From: a virus | IMG/VR virus record: IMGVR_UViG_3300027714_002832 | DNA length: 64,000 nucleotides | Direction: 5' to 3' (one strand) | Shown: positions 47,311 through 56,985 of the stretch, piece after piece | Numbering within the stretch: position 1 is the first letter of the stretch | Layout of the letters: every line of letters starts with the position of its first letter | Translations under genes and position numbers: made by a program | Notes under the pieces: generated by a model | The model's database searches: none | Told to the model about the DNA's origin: nothing | Seen by the model: the letters and a program-made list of their open reading frames with translations, nothing else

Positions 47311-48000
47311 ATTAGATCTAACCCAGTCATGCATTTCAGGCGTGTTATGCGCATTGATAACTAACCAATAACTATCTTTAGTACTTGCATTAAATAATGC
47401 ATGCTCTAATGTAGTGTTCACTGCATATAGTTGGCCCATTTCAAAATAAAGCGGCTTATCTTCTAACATAAATCTAAACCACGGATTTGTAGTATTAGAT
47501 AACGCCATTATTAATCTAAACGTATCCACATTTTCACCACGACTATCTCGATGTGGTGGGAAATAACCGCCTGGCGATACTCTCAATATATGCGTTCTAC
47601 CACATAAATGTAATATATCACCAAGTAACTCTTTCATTGAAGTGAGATCATACACAGGGGTAGTTTTATCAAAATCTTTTTCACTGTAATCTGTATTATA
47701 TTTTCTATTCCATTCATACAGACTATTCAATGCGGGACCAGATTGATTTAAACCACTTTCATTTATTACACATAGACCGTCTCGCTTAATATGTGGTTTA
47801 AATTCATTGTATTGTTCCCATTTATCGTCAAACTGTGATAGTTCTTCCATAAATCTGCTAGTATTAATACTCTTATCTAATAAGATTTGATTTCCTAAAT
47901 TAAAAATTACAGACATATAACTATTCCTTAAAAGATTTATCGCCGGGAAACAATGGTAATTGTGTACCTGGCGCACGCTTAGGTATCTTACTATCTGCAC
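47296..48000 (-). CDS. cupin / 2OG-Fe(II)-oxygenase-like protein (candidate)
   Basis: GGYFPPHRDSRGE (HxD) and downstream LEHALFN His; first gene of minus-strand island. Confidence 0.4.
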   Translation of the reverse strand: MQIVRYLSVRQVHNYHCFPAINLLRNSYMSVIFNLGNQILLDKSINTSRFMEELSQFDDKWEQYNEFKPHIKRDGLCVINESGLNQSGPALNSLYEWNRKYNTDYSEKDFDKTTPVYDLTSMKELLGDILHLCGRTHILRVSPGGYFPPHRDSRGENVDTFRLIMALSNTTNPWFRFMLEDKPLYFEMGQLYAVNTTLEHALFNASTKDSYWLVINAHNTPEMHDWVRSNLAIK

Positions 48001-49090
48001 TACTCACGCACGCATTAGTCGTACATACTGTGGGTGCATCAAATAACTTGAAACCTGTTTCTATATTTCCTAACGGCTGATCTACGCAACTATAACTACG
48101 CTTCACACTACCATCTGGTTCTCTGATAATAATACTACGATGACCAGATGAACATTCCCAGCCCTTGAATTTATTAAAACCAAATGCGTTGAATCGTTCA
48201 GCCTGATCCATGAACCAATGCTTGTTATCTTTATCCATGAACTCAACTTGAAAATGCTGAGGCACTGTTACATTCTCTTCCCAATACAACGGATCCCCAT
48301 CTTTCTTAAATGTAGGTGTCGGGCGTGTAACCAACTGAGTCTTTTTCGCTTTATCTTCTGTATAACCACGCTGTGGCATACCGTTGTGTAATCGCTCCAT
48401 CTGCTCTGCGGTGTAACCATCTACTATCTTACTAGCAGTAGGATCAGACATAGGCTTTAATGTACAGTTGATTCCCTGATTATGAAAGAATAACGCATTA
48501 TCCCAATCTCGCTCAAACCATTCTGGAACCATCACTTGATTGATAGTTACTTGTACATCATGTTCTTGACAGAATATTAACTTATCAGCAAAGACTTGCA
48601 TCTTTTCTCTAGTGTCTAAATGCTCTGTGTGCAAACTTGCTGTAATACTTGCTCTATGAAATGGTGCGACATTCTTAACATAAGTCTCAAACCACTTCAT
48701 GGGACGTGACATATTAGTTGTCATGTGAACTGATGTGTAATTAGTGTTATCTACATCATCTGCAAGGTGTTTCATTATATCCAAATATCCCGGATGGAAT
48801 GTTGGTTCACCCCCGCTTAAACTAAAGTGAAAACTATTGAAACCATTGTCTCGTGCTTGACGCTTAATCTCGTCAACTGTACGTAAACATAACTCAGTAG
48901 GTCTAAAGTCTTTCTTATCACTACGAGCGTAAGGCCAGCAGTAACTACAACGATAGTTACAATAGCGTCCCAGTAACCAACTAATACTGAATAAATCGCG
49001 ATGAAGCATTGTGCGTTGCCCTACTCTTACTAAATCATCAAATGGTATTTTAGTAAAATCGTATGTACTGTATTTTAAATCTTCGCTCAT
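47921..49090 (-). CDS. radical SAM enzyme with C-terminal twitch/SPASM-like Cys region
   Basis: CNYRCSYC (Cx3Cx2C); C-terminal WECSSGHRS...SYSCVD...CTTNAC; start set at MSEDLKY (49090) 1 nt after upstream stop; ORF-track start is 49138. Confidence 0.75.
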   Translation of the reverse strand: MSEDLKYSTYDFTKIPFDDLVRVGQRTMLHRDLFSISWLLGRYCNYRCSYCWPYARSDKKDFRPTELCLRTVDEIKRQARDNGFNSFHFSLSGGEPTFHPGYLDIMKHLADDVDNTNYTSVHMTTNMSRPMKWFETYVKNVAPFHRASITASLHTEHLDTREKMQVFADKLIFCQEHDVQVTINQVMVPEWFERDWDNALFFHNQGINCTLKPMSDPTASKIVDGYTAEQMERLHNGMPQRGYTEDKAKKTQLVTRPTPTFKKDGDPLYWEENVTVPQHFQVEFMDKDNKHWFMDQAERFNAFGFNKFKGWECSSGHRSIIIREPDGSVKRSYSCVDQPLGNIETGFKLFDAPTVCTTNACVSSADSKIPKRAPGTQLPLFPGDKSFKE

Positions 49091-49091
49091 T

Positions 49092-49529
49092 TTAGATGCA
49101 CCATGAAATCTTTTTATCGCCATAATATTCTCTAGCAAAGCCTTCTGCTATGAGCATGTGTCTTAAACTCTTGCCATCTATAATGATATCACCAAGTACT
49201 CGACCACCATACTTGTCCCATTTATAAATGGCTACTTGTATAACCGTTGCTGCATTTAACATATCTTTAGTAAACTGTGACGCTTCTTCACCCCATGCTG
49301 CTTCTTTAGGACATTCTGCTCTCCAACTTTTTTCTGGAGTATCTACACCATATACACGAATACTTAATTCCTGCTTCAATGGTGCTGGTAAAAAGGTAGC
49401 TTCAAATGCAACGGTGTCGCCATCAATCACTCTTGTAATATTATAATCGTAGATGGTCATCTCTACTTCTTTTGCCATTGCTGGCATTGTTGATAGTATT
49501 GCAATTAATAAAATTATAATCGTTCTCAT
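49092..49529 (-). CDS. secreted staphylococcal-nuclease (SNase)-like nuclease
   Basis: signal peptide MRTIIILLIAILSTMPAMA; VIDGDTVAF...RVYGVDTPE SNase catalytic blocks. Confidence 0.6.
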   Translation of the reverse strand: MRTIIILLIAILSTMPAMAKEVEMTIYDYNITRVIDGDTVAFEATFLPAPLKQELSIRVYGVDTPEKSWRAECPKEAAWGEEASQFTKDMLNAATVIQVAIYKWDKYGGRVLGDIIIDGKSLRHMLIAEGFAREYYGDKKISWCI

Positions 49530-50464
49530 GCTGTCTCTCCGTTAATGTAGTATTTATTATAAAGTATATCGTATGCGTCTACGACCTGTTTGTAACGCCT
49601 ACCATATATCTGTGCTGCTTCTTTTAATATATCACTGTTACTTACACCTAAGTAATCAAGTATAACATCTGTATTTTTAAACCATTCAACGTCTACTACT
49701 AAATGATCAATTTTATCTTCTTCTATATAGGATAATGACTCATTTTGAACAAACACATCTTCGTAATCGTGTTTTTCTTCAAATAGCCTATGGAACGAAT
49801 ACTCAAATTCAAAAATACCATCACCAGTGTTATCGTCTATGTGACTTAGCGATTTCTTCAAATCCCAATGTGCAAAATTTAATTGCCACATATATTTCAA
49901 CTTACCATCGTGAAAATCCTCTATACATTTGTCGTGATAATCTCTATACCAAACTTCTTTCCATTTGCCAATAATATCTCCGTCCATTAGCATGTGATCT
50001 TCCCACCACAACTGCGTTTGTTCAATTATCTCATCTTCTGTTAATTCAATAAATGCATATTGCGTTATATAGAACATTGCACTTTGTTCGGTTGTGACTT
50101 GGGTGAATATGAGTTTGTCAGCAATTGGTGCGAACCTTGAATCATATGTAGCACCGAAATAATTACTCCACACTTTATATTGAAAATCTTCATTAAATTT
50201 AAAATATTCGGAAAGGCAATCAATCCCACCATCTGTTTCTGTTTTATTTTCCATCATTCTAAGCGTTTCTTGATGACTATAATATAAATCTTGATCAATA
50301 AGATGGGTATATCGGTTCTCTTCAACTATGGTTCCAATTGCTAGTCGTTCAGGTGTTGGCTTTAATCCAGAATAGATTTGAGGACCAAATCTATGATCTT
50401 GTGCAAGCCACCAATGAATCGCAGGTGCATGTGCATTTACTACTTGATATATTCCGATGTTCAT
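49526..50464 (-). CDS. hypothetical protein
   Basis: 312 aa, acidic, Trp/Tyr-rich, no motif recognised. Confidence 0.5.
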   Translation of the reverse strand: MNIGIYQVVNAHAPAIHWWLAQDHRFGPQIYSGLKPTPERLAIGTIVEENRYTHLIDQDLYYSHQETLRMMENKTETDGGIDCLSEYFKFNEDFQYKVWSNYFGATYDSRFAPIADKLIFTQVTTEQSAMFYITQYAFIELTEDEIIEQTQLWWEDHMLMDGDIIGKWKEVWYRDYHDKCIEDFHDGKLKYMWQLNFAHWDLKKSLSHIDDNTGDGIFEFEYSFHRLFEEKHDYEDVFVQNESLSYIEEDKIDHLVVDVEWFKNTDVILDYLGVSNSDILKEAAQIYGRRYKQVVDAYDILYNKYYINGETA

Positions 50465-50580
50465 AGTGCAAGGTAATTAGGCATAGCCATGATAGGCGAT
50501 GATGTTAAAATTATAGCCAATGTGACTGTCGCCACTTTAGCCAATAGCACTACTGCTTGCTTAATATATATTTTCATAAT
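50461..50580 (-). CDS. small hydrophobic peptide (39 aa)
   Basis: MKIYIKQAVVLLAKVATVTLAIILTSSPIMAMPNYLAL; below ORF-track cutoff. Confidence 0.25.
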   Translation of the reverse strand: MMKIYIKQAVVLLAKVATVTLAIILTSSPIMAMPNYLAL

Positions 50581-50586
50581 TATTCC

Positions 50587-51237
50587 TTAATTTTTTGAAC
50601 GGTTAATCCATTCTTCATCTGTCACCTGTATAGGATCAATACTTAATTCATTCAATGACAAATGTTCAGGCAATATCATCGCATATTCAATACAATCAAC
50701 CGCTTCTTCAAATGTCATCAACTTGCGTCCTGGATGCTTGTCTGCGTTATTCGGCAATGTACCAAACGTAACATAACTCACCTTTGGGCCACCTTGCCAG
50801 ATACTTTTCAATCCCATAGCGTTACTCGCACTACGTAATGCTTTCTTCTCTTGTTGATATGTCCAATCCGACCCTTTTGTTGCCCTGTCCGTGGTGGACC
50901 CGACAGACACTATATGTAGGGATTTCCGGGCACTCTGTGCGGTTTTATATACTACATCTAGTAGCAGTGCCTGATGGTACTGCCATAGTGCACTACAGTT
51001 AATAAAAATGTCGTATTCTAGTGCTTTATTTGCAACAGTTTTTTTCACATGATTCAATGTTAGATCATGGTCACTGATGCTTTGACTAATAAAATCTGTC
51101 TGTGGATATCGTTTTAATATCTCACTCGCTAGACCAATCTCTGGATTACCTGTACATAATATTTTCTTATTAGTTAAATCAATCACTTTACTTTCCTTTT
51201 TACTACTGGACGCAACGTCCATATTTCTTTTGTACAT
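50587..51237 (-). CDS. short-chain dehydrogenase/reductase-like NAD(P)-binding protein
   Basis: ILCTGNPEIGLA Rossmann turn, INCSAL (NNAG-like), YQQEK (YxxxK). Confidence 0.45.
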   Translation of the reverse strand: MYKRNMDVASSSKKESKVIDLTNKKILCTGNPEIGLASEILKRYPQTDFISQSISDHDLTLNHVKKTVANKALEYDIFINCSALWQYHQALLLDVVYKTAQSARKSLHIVSVGSTTDRATKGSDWTYQQEKKALRSASNAMGLKSIWQGGPKVSYVTFGTLPNNADKHPGRKLMTFEEAVDCIEYAMILPEHLSLNELSIDPIQVTDEEWINRSKN

Positions 51238-51288
51238 CGGTGTGGCATATCGTCAACGTAGGTACCACAATATGGGCATAGAATCTGA

Positions 51289-52551
51289 TTAGTTATTGTC
51301 ATTGATTTGTCCTTTAAATTCTGGACATGATTCTACTAACGTACCACGTTGCAATTCATCCATCTTCAAATTATAATCAATAAATTCTTGCCAGTGTTCA
51401 GCATGTGTATTCCCAGCATTTAAATACTTAATCACATCGTCTACCTTAGGCCATGCTTTATGACTTTTTAAATTATACAATGCCAACGTCTTTAAATGAT
51501 GTGGCAATACTTGTATATTCATACTACGCGGATGGTTTAATATATTGAAATATAACTGATCATGTTCTAATCCACGTGATTCCGCAAACTCGATAACCTC
51601 GTGTAGTGCACATACATTCAATGCTTGTACCGTACAATGAATCTGAATATATACATTATCCAATTTAGATAATTCATCAAAATTCTTTTCTACTATATGC
51701 CAATGACTAGGGTAACGAATATATCTGTCACGCGCACCAATTGCATCAATTGAGCAATTTAATTGTACACGCTTGAAATGTGACCAATATTCGATCATCT
51801 TCGGTGGCACATTAGTTAGGTTGGTGTTGTACTTTAAACGAATGCCCGATGCAAGATCATTTTCAATACAATAGTCTAACAACTTATATTGACTAACTGC
51901 CAATGTAGGCTCACCACCAGTTAAATAAATTTCTTCAACCGTATGAGCAATTTCAGTGAATGTAATACCTGTCTTTTCCCAATCTGGCCATTCAGTCATG
52001 GTATTCATGAATTCTAATGTGTCTTCATCCAATTTCTTTGGTGGATCTAAATATGCTGCATCAACTACTTTATTCCAATCTTTAACCCACATGCTACTTG
52101 CCCACGGATTACACATGCGACATTTTAGGTTACATAAGTTACCCAAACGTAAGTCAACATATTTCACATCAACTGGAATTTCAACATCTATCTTCACATC
52201 TTCTTTCAGCCACTTTTCATTAAATCCTGCTCGCGCACTACGAATGCCAGCATCTTCTTCTCTGAAACAACGCGCACACATATCTGGTCGCTCACCATCG
52301 ATGAACTGTTTTCTGATAGTTGTATAGGTTGGGCTATTCCATACTTCATCTAAATCATGCTTGTAGATTTTATATGGCTTGCCATTCTCTTGTAATATTG
52401 TGTTCTCACCGGGCGTGCTATTACAGCATACTCGATAAGATCCCGCAGCATTAGTTGCTACGTGCATAAAGGGTAAAACACAGAACGTGTCACTTACTTT
52501 TTTTGTCATTTGTTTAAATCCATTTTGTATAATCTTTGCCATCACTATCAT
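51289..52551 (-). CDS. radical SAM enzyme with N-terminal twitch-like Cys motif
   Basis: N-term CVLPFMHVATNAAGSYRVCCNS ... CARCF then CNLKCRMC (Cx3Cx2C). Confidence 0.8.
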   Translation of the reverse strand: MIVMAKIIQNGFKQMTKKVSDTFCVLPFMHVATNAAGSYRVCCNSTPGENTILQENGKPYKIYKHDLDEVWNSPTYTTIRKQFIDGERPDMCARCFREEDAGIRSARAGFNEKWLKEDVKIDVEIPVDVKYVDLRLGNLCNLKCRMCNPWASSMWVKDWNKVVDAAYLDPPKKLDEDTLEFMNTMTEWPDWEKTGITFTEIAHTVEEIYLTGGEPTLAVSQYKLLDYCIENDLASGIRLKYNTNLTNVPPKMIEYWSHFKRVQLNCSIDAIGARDRYIRYPSHWHIVEKNFDELSKLDNVYIQIHCTVQALNVCALHEVIEFAESRGLEHDQLYFNILNHPRSMNIQVLPHHLKTLALYNLKSHKAWPKVDDVIKYLNAGNTHAEHWQEFIDYNLKMDELQRGTLVESCPEFKGQINDNN

Positions 52552-53446
52552 CTAGTATCATTACATGATCAATCAATTGTTGTTTATTATCTTGATCATC
52601 CAATGCACCCGGAGCCATGTATGCGGGACTAATCAAATCACTCGCTCTATTGAAGTGAATATCGTGACTTGTCGCCCAATCATTCACTTCGTGAATGTTA
52701 TTAATATTTAGTACACTTGGTAAACACGTAATACATATACTCGTATTATCAGGTGAACTCTTGTGTATGTCAATGATATTATTACTTACTTGTTCCCAGT
52801 TTGCTCCTCGTCTAAGGTATTCAAAACGCTCACCTATGGCATCTACACTTGCAACTATTATAACACGTTTAAACGATTCGAACAAGGGATAATATGCATT
52901 AATATCTATTGTTCCATTAGTAATGAATTGTAATTCAATCGTAGATGAAACGTCTGCATCGATCAGATATTTAATTATCTTCTTTACTTGTGGTATCATG
53001 AATGGTTCACCACCTGTAAATTTAAGAATCTTTGCAAAATGCAATTGTGGGTATATCTGCTCAATATCTTTGTGCCAACCTGTATTTGCTTTGCGCTTAC
53101 CAGTTTTTACTGCCCACGAACTTGAACTATAACTATCACATGAGACGCACGTGAGATTACACGTGTTGTTAATCTTTAAGTCCCATTGCTCTGTGCCAAT
53201 GCTATCTGCTAGTACATCATTCATATACATTCGATAACTCTTACCATTTGATTCTTCATCTTGTTGGCACTCTATGCATTCAGGCAACCAACCTCGCAAT
53301 GACTCAACATAGTATTTGTTGTGCAACGATTCCCAATCATCGGTAATTGCAACACCAGATGATGCCGCATTCCAAGCACAGCATGGTCTAACTTCGCCTG
53401 TTACGCCTATCGTTACTGCATGTTTAAACGCCAAGCATTTTGGCAT
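52514..53446 (-). CDS. radical SAM enzyme with N-terminal twitch-like Cys motif
   Basis: N-term CLAFKHAVTIGVTGEVRPCCAW ... CIEC then CNLTCVSC. Confidence 0.8.
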   Translation of the reverse strand: MPKCLAFKHAVTIGVTGEVRPCCAWNAASSGVAITDDWESLHNKYYVESLRGWLPECIECQQDEESNGKSYRMYMNDVLADSIGTEQWDLKINNTCNLTCVSCDSYSSSSWAVKTGKRKANTGWHKDIEQIYPQLHFAKILKFTGGEPFMIPQVKKIIKYLIDADVSSTIELQFITNGTIDINAYYPLFESFKRVIIVASVDAIGERFEYLRRGANWEQVSNNIIDIHKSSPDNTSICITCLPSVLNINNIHEVNDWATSHDIHFNRASDLISPAYMAPGALDDQDNKQQLIDHVMILDDSDGKDYTKWI

Positions 53447-54179
53447 AGCCGCGATTCACCTGTTGTTTAAATTCATCACTAGGACCACCATCAAAGATCA
53501 TATGTATCCTTGGTTCTTCACTTTTATTCCATACAGAATGCTTATATCCTGTATTCAATTTCATCACTGAACCTGCTTCAAATGGAACAATACCCATACC
53601 TTCAAATACGAATTCGCATCCATCTGGATTGTTTAATGCTACATTAGTTGCACCTACTCCAACTGGATTAGGTCTATCGTTGTGAATGCCCAACCAACCA
53701 TCTGGTAACAGTGCCATGAACCTTACACGAGCAAACTGGTTGTACAACATTTCATCTTGCATCCATTGTACTGTTTTAGGGCAAAATTTAGCAATATCAG
53801 TCCAGTCACTATGGGTTTCTTCATAATCATCTGGTAAGTTATAATCTTCTGCACAATTAGTATGTACACTGCTTATTCCATGAATCGACAAACTCAACCA
53901 CCCCGAACTACAAGGACGGTGTGCAGTAAAGCATGACGTATATAACAAATGATTTGCTTCTTCAAACAAATCCTTGTGTGGTACATTAATTTCTGGTATC
54001 GATATATATGGAAAACGGGTATTGTCCATGATGTAATCAACATCGTGCTCACTTTCTTCTAAAAAATTCCCTGCATCTAATATTTTAAAATCAGGTTTAA
54101 TAATTCTATTTTCTTCATGCCATATAATTGATTCATCATCAATTTCTTCCCTATCTAAAGGTGATCCTTCAAACCACAT
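53424..54179 (-). CDS. aspartyl/asparaginyl beta-hydroxylase-like cupin oxygenase (candidate)
   Basis: WLGIHNDRPNP (HxD) and YKHSVWN (distal His) in a beta-rich C-terminal half. Confidence 0.45.
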   Translation of the reverse strand: MWFEGSPLDREEIDDESIIWHEENRIIKPDFKILDAGNFLEESEHDVDYIMDNTRFPYISIPEINVPHKDLFEEANHLLYTSCFTAHRPCSSGWLSLSIHGISSVHTNCAEDYNLPDDYEETHSDWTDIAKFCPKTVQWMQDEMLYNQFARVRFMALLPDGWLGIHNDRPNPVGVGATNVALNNPDGCEFVFEGMGIVPFEAGSVMKLNTGYKHSVWNKSEEPRIHMIFDGGPSDEFKQQVNRGYAKMLGV

Positions 54180-54189
54180 AATTTATCTC

Positions 54190-55749
54190 CTATTGTTCAA
54201 ATGTTAATGTTTCATTATTGGTTGTACTTATAATAGCCCTTGATGGACATGTTAAGTCGTTATCGTTTATATCAGTGCCCGAAAACCAACAATCATCATG
54301 CAATTCATTTAATTTAGTTATTAAACTAATGAAACTCAATTCCATTGCAAACGGTTTACTAAGCATCTTTGGCACAATATAACTATAGATATTAGATGTC
54401 CACATCAATGTTCTTTTATTTTCTACTGCTTCAAATAATTTATCATGTCCATATATTAAATCACATTCAATTACTTCCCAGTTGCTCTGTCTGATTCTAT
54501 CCCATACTGATAACCAATTAGTATCTCCATCAAATTGCTGTATTACGTTAGGCCATCTCTCAACAGTCAAGTCTCTTAAATTTCCATTTGCATCTGGATG
54601 CTGTTCAATCCATGCATCGACAAACTCAGGATAGTTTATACCATTCCATTGTTCTAGCATATCTCGTTTAAATTTACAACTCAATGGATCAAAATCATAT
54701 AACACAAATTTCGTGTCTTTTGTAAAACCATACTTGTATGCATAGTAGAATAATTTAAAGCCCGCAGTGGCACCGACATATTGATCAAATACCGTTCCTT
54801 CAATTTGTTCTGCAATACCAGGCTGACTAGATTCTGTATTTACAAAATATATAGGACTATCTGGTGCGAACATCTCTCTTATCATTCGATTTGCTTGAAA
54901 TGTTAGTTTATCACTGTCAAACGGTAAACCTTGTATAGCCTTCTCAAATTCAATTGAACCAACATGCGGCTTCATCGTGGCTAAACAATTCATAAAATCT
55001 GCACTCAATCCTGGGACAATTAGTTCTTGTCGCAATGACCATGTCAATAACGGATTGCACAATTTATGATGGTATTGTTCATTAAATTCTTCGTGTGTTA
55101 TCCACGGATTCCATGTAGCATGTTTGATATTTAATCGTGCAGCGCCTAGTTTTACAATACCAAATAAACTATCCTCAAAATCTTCAACTATTCCTTGTTT
55201 TCTAGTAACCCAATTGTCACTTGGCTTTTCATGTCGTGTACCTTGACGAGAATACCGATCTGCGGGATCTTGATTGTATAATACATCAGCGGGATCTTGT
55301 GCACCTTGCTCATACCACGTATCTAAATTAATCAGTATGATGTTTCTTTCAAAATGAGAATATCTTTCATCATCGGTTTGTAATATATTTCCTGCAACTA
55401 TCCATTTAGTGATATCAAATTCTTCATTAATACGATTTATTTCATCAAGTAATTTTAAGTTAACATCATCAGATGCTGACCAAGTGCCGTCAAACCACAT
55501 ACATACATAACGATATCCTAATTTGCGCATAGCGATCATCCAACTAATTTCGGATTGTCCTACAATGTTAACTATGCCTCCACGAAGATGATTATTATGT
55601 TCTACCTCTGCTATTTCACGTAACTTTTGCTTTAATATAGGTGTGTCACTTAATTCAATACTATCAGTGTTATTTGAATTGAATGCGTGAACTATTGGCC
55701 ATGAATTTTCTCCATGATAATAATTCCACAGACTCTGTCCTTTCTTCAT
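54190..55749 (-). CDS. large hypothetical protein (possible Rossmann/methyltransferase-like segment)
   Basis: 519 aa; Gly-rich YVGATAGFKLFYYAYKYG followed by acidic LYDFDPL, weak. Confidence 0.5.
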   Translation of the reverse strand: MKKGQSLWNYYHGENSWPIVHAFNSNNTDSIELSDTPILKQKLREIAEVEHNNHLRGGIVNIVGQSEISWMIAMRKLGYRYVCMWFDGTWSASDDVNLKLLDEINRINEEFDITKWIVAGNILQTDDERYSHFERNIILINLDTWYEQGAQDPADVLYNQDPADRYSRQGTRHEKPSDNWVTRKQGIVEDFEDSLFGIVKLGAARLNIKHATWNPWITHEEFNEQYHHKLCNPLLTWSLRQELIVPGLSADFMNCLATMKPHVGSIEFEKAIQGLPFDSDKLTFQANRMIREMFAPDSPIYFVNTESSQPGIAEQIEGTVFDQYVGATAGFKLFYYAYKYGFTKDTKFVLYDFDPLSCKFKRDMLEQWNGINYPEFVDAWIEQHPDANGNLRDLTVERWPNVIQQFDGDTNWLSVWDRIRQSNWEVIECDLIYGHDKLFEAVENKRTLMWTSNIYSYIVPKMLSKPFAMELSFISLITKLNELHDDCWFSGTDINDNDLTCPSRAIISTTNNETLTFEQ

Positions 55750-55758
55750 TTTTCGTCC

Positions 55759-56985
55759 TTATATATCATTATTGATGTCTATTAAAAAATCAGTAAGTGG
55801 CATATCAAGATATTGTTCTATCATCTCACTTAATTTAATCTTAGGATTGTATCTATTTTCTAAATCACGTGTGTACTTACGCATCTTAGTATATTGTATA
55901 TAATCTCGTTGATTATTTTCCATATAAGTAGCAAATGTATCCATCTCTGGATGTTCTTTTTCATGCTTTCGTAATTTATTAATAATAGCCGATCTATAAG
56001 GCTCAGGCCATATCGCTGGGCTTAGTATCTTTGGTGTATGTAATATGTTAGCAGTAATGAATGTCAATTCAATGTCACTCTGCTTCCAGTATTCATAAAA
56101 TTCTGGCATCTGAAATATATTATGTGCTTGTATAGTAATACCCAATGCTAAGTCTATATGCTCTATGTCATTCAATACACTCAGATTAGATTCTACTGTA
56201 CTCCAATCACCACCTTCACGAATGTAATCATAAACATCATTGACACCATCAAGTGATACTTTGATATTAACATGCTTGAATTGACTCCAAATTTCTAGCA
56301 AATTATATTTTTTAAATGTTAGATGACTCAGATTAGTAGCATATCGCAATTTGATCGTAGATCGTAGATGCTCTGGTATCGATTCAAGTAAGTCGTAATG
56401 CTCTTGATTAATGATAGGTTCGCCACCAGTGAATTGTAATACTTTAACTGTATCCCAGAACCCATCCCATTTGCCTATGCTATCAAACAACGTAGTTGGT
56501 CGTAGGAGACGTGTTTCGTGATGCTCTGTACCCATATACTTCTCAATGATGTCTAAGTCCTGTACGCGCTTGTACGAACTATGTGTACTACACATAATAC
56601 ATTTCAAATTACAGAAGTTAGAAACCTTCAACTCTATCCACAATGGTGGATTATCTACAGAGTAATCATCATTGAGTTTGATCAAGTCTTTATAATTATC
56701 CCAATCATCGTCAAACCATTGCTGTCTATTTGATACAACACCACTTGCTTCATTATGCCAACATACATCACACTCTGATGGTATCTCATTGCTAGTGAGT
56801 GCCCTACGAAGTTCTTTGTAGTTGTCATTATTCCATGTGTCTTCAATAGCAGCACCCGGCTCATTGAAAATCTTAGTTTGTGCTTCACAGCAAGGTACTA
56901 TATCGCCGCCCGCTGAACCGTACGTATGCATGAATGGTATCATACAAAATGATGTTGTTTTGGCTAGTTCATTAATATCTTTCAT
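55759..56985 (-). CDS. radical SAM enzyme with N-terminal twitch-like Cys motif
   Basis: N-term CMIPFMHTYGSAGGDIVPCCEA ... CDVC then CNLKCIMC. Confidence 0.8.
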   Translation of the reverse strand: MKDINELAKTTSFCMIPFMHTYGSAGGDIVPCCEAQTKIFNEPGAAIEDTWNNDNYKELRRALTSNEIPSECDVCWHNEASGVVSNRQQWFDDDWDNYKDLIKLNDDYSVDNPPLWIELKVSNFCNLKCIMCSTHSSYKRVQDLDIIEKYMGTEHHETRLLRPTTLFDSIGKWDGFWDTVKVLQFTGGEPIINQEHYDLLESIPEHLRSTIKLRYATNLSHLTFKKYNLLEIWSQFKHVNIKVSLDGVNDVYDYIREGGDWSTVESNLSVLNDIEHIDLALGITIQAHNIFQMPEFYEYWKQSDIELTFITANILHTPKILSPAIWPEPYRSAIINKLRKHEKEHPEMDTFATYMENNQRDYIQYTKMRKYTRDLENRYNPKIKLSEMIEQYLDMPLTDFLIDINNDI

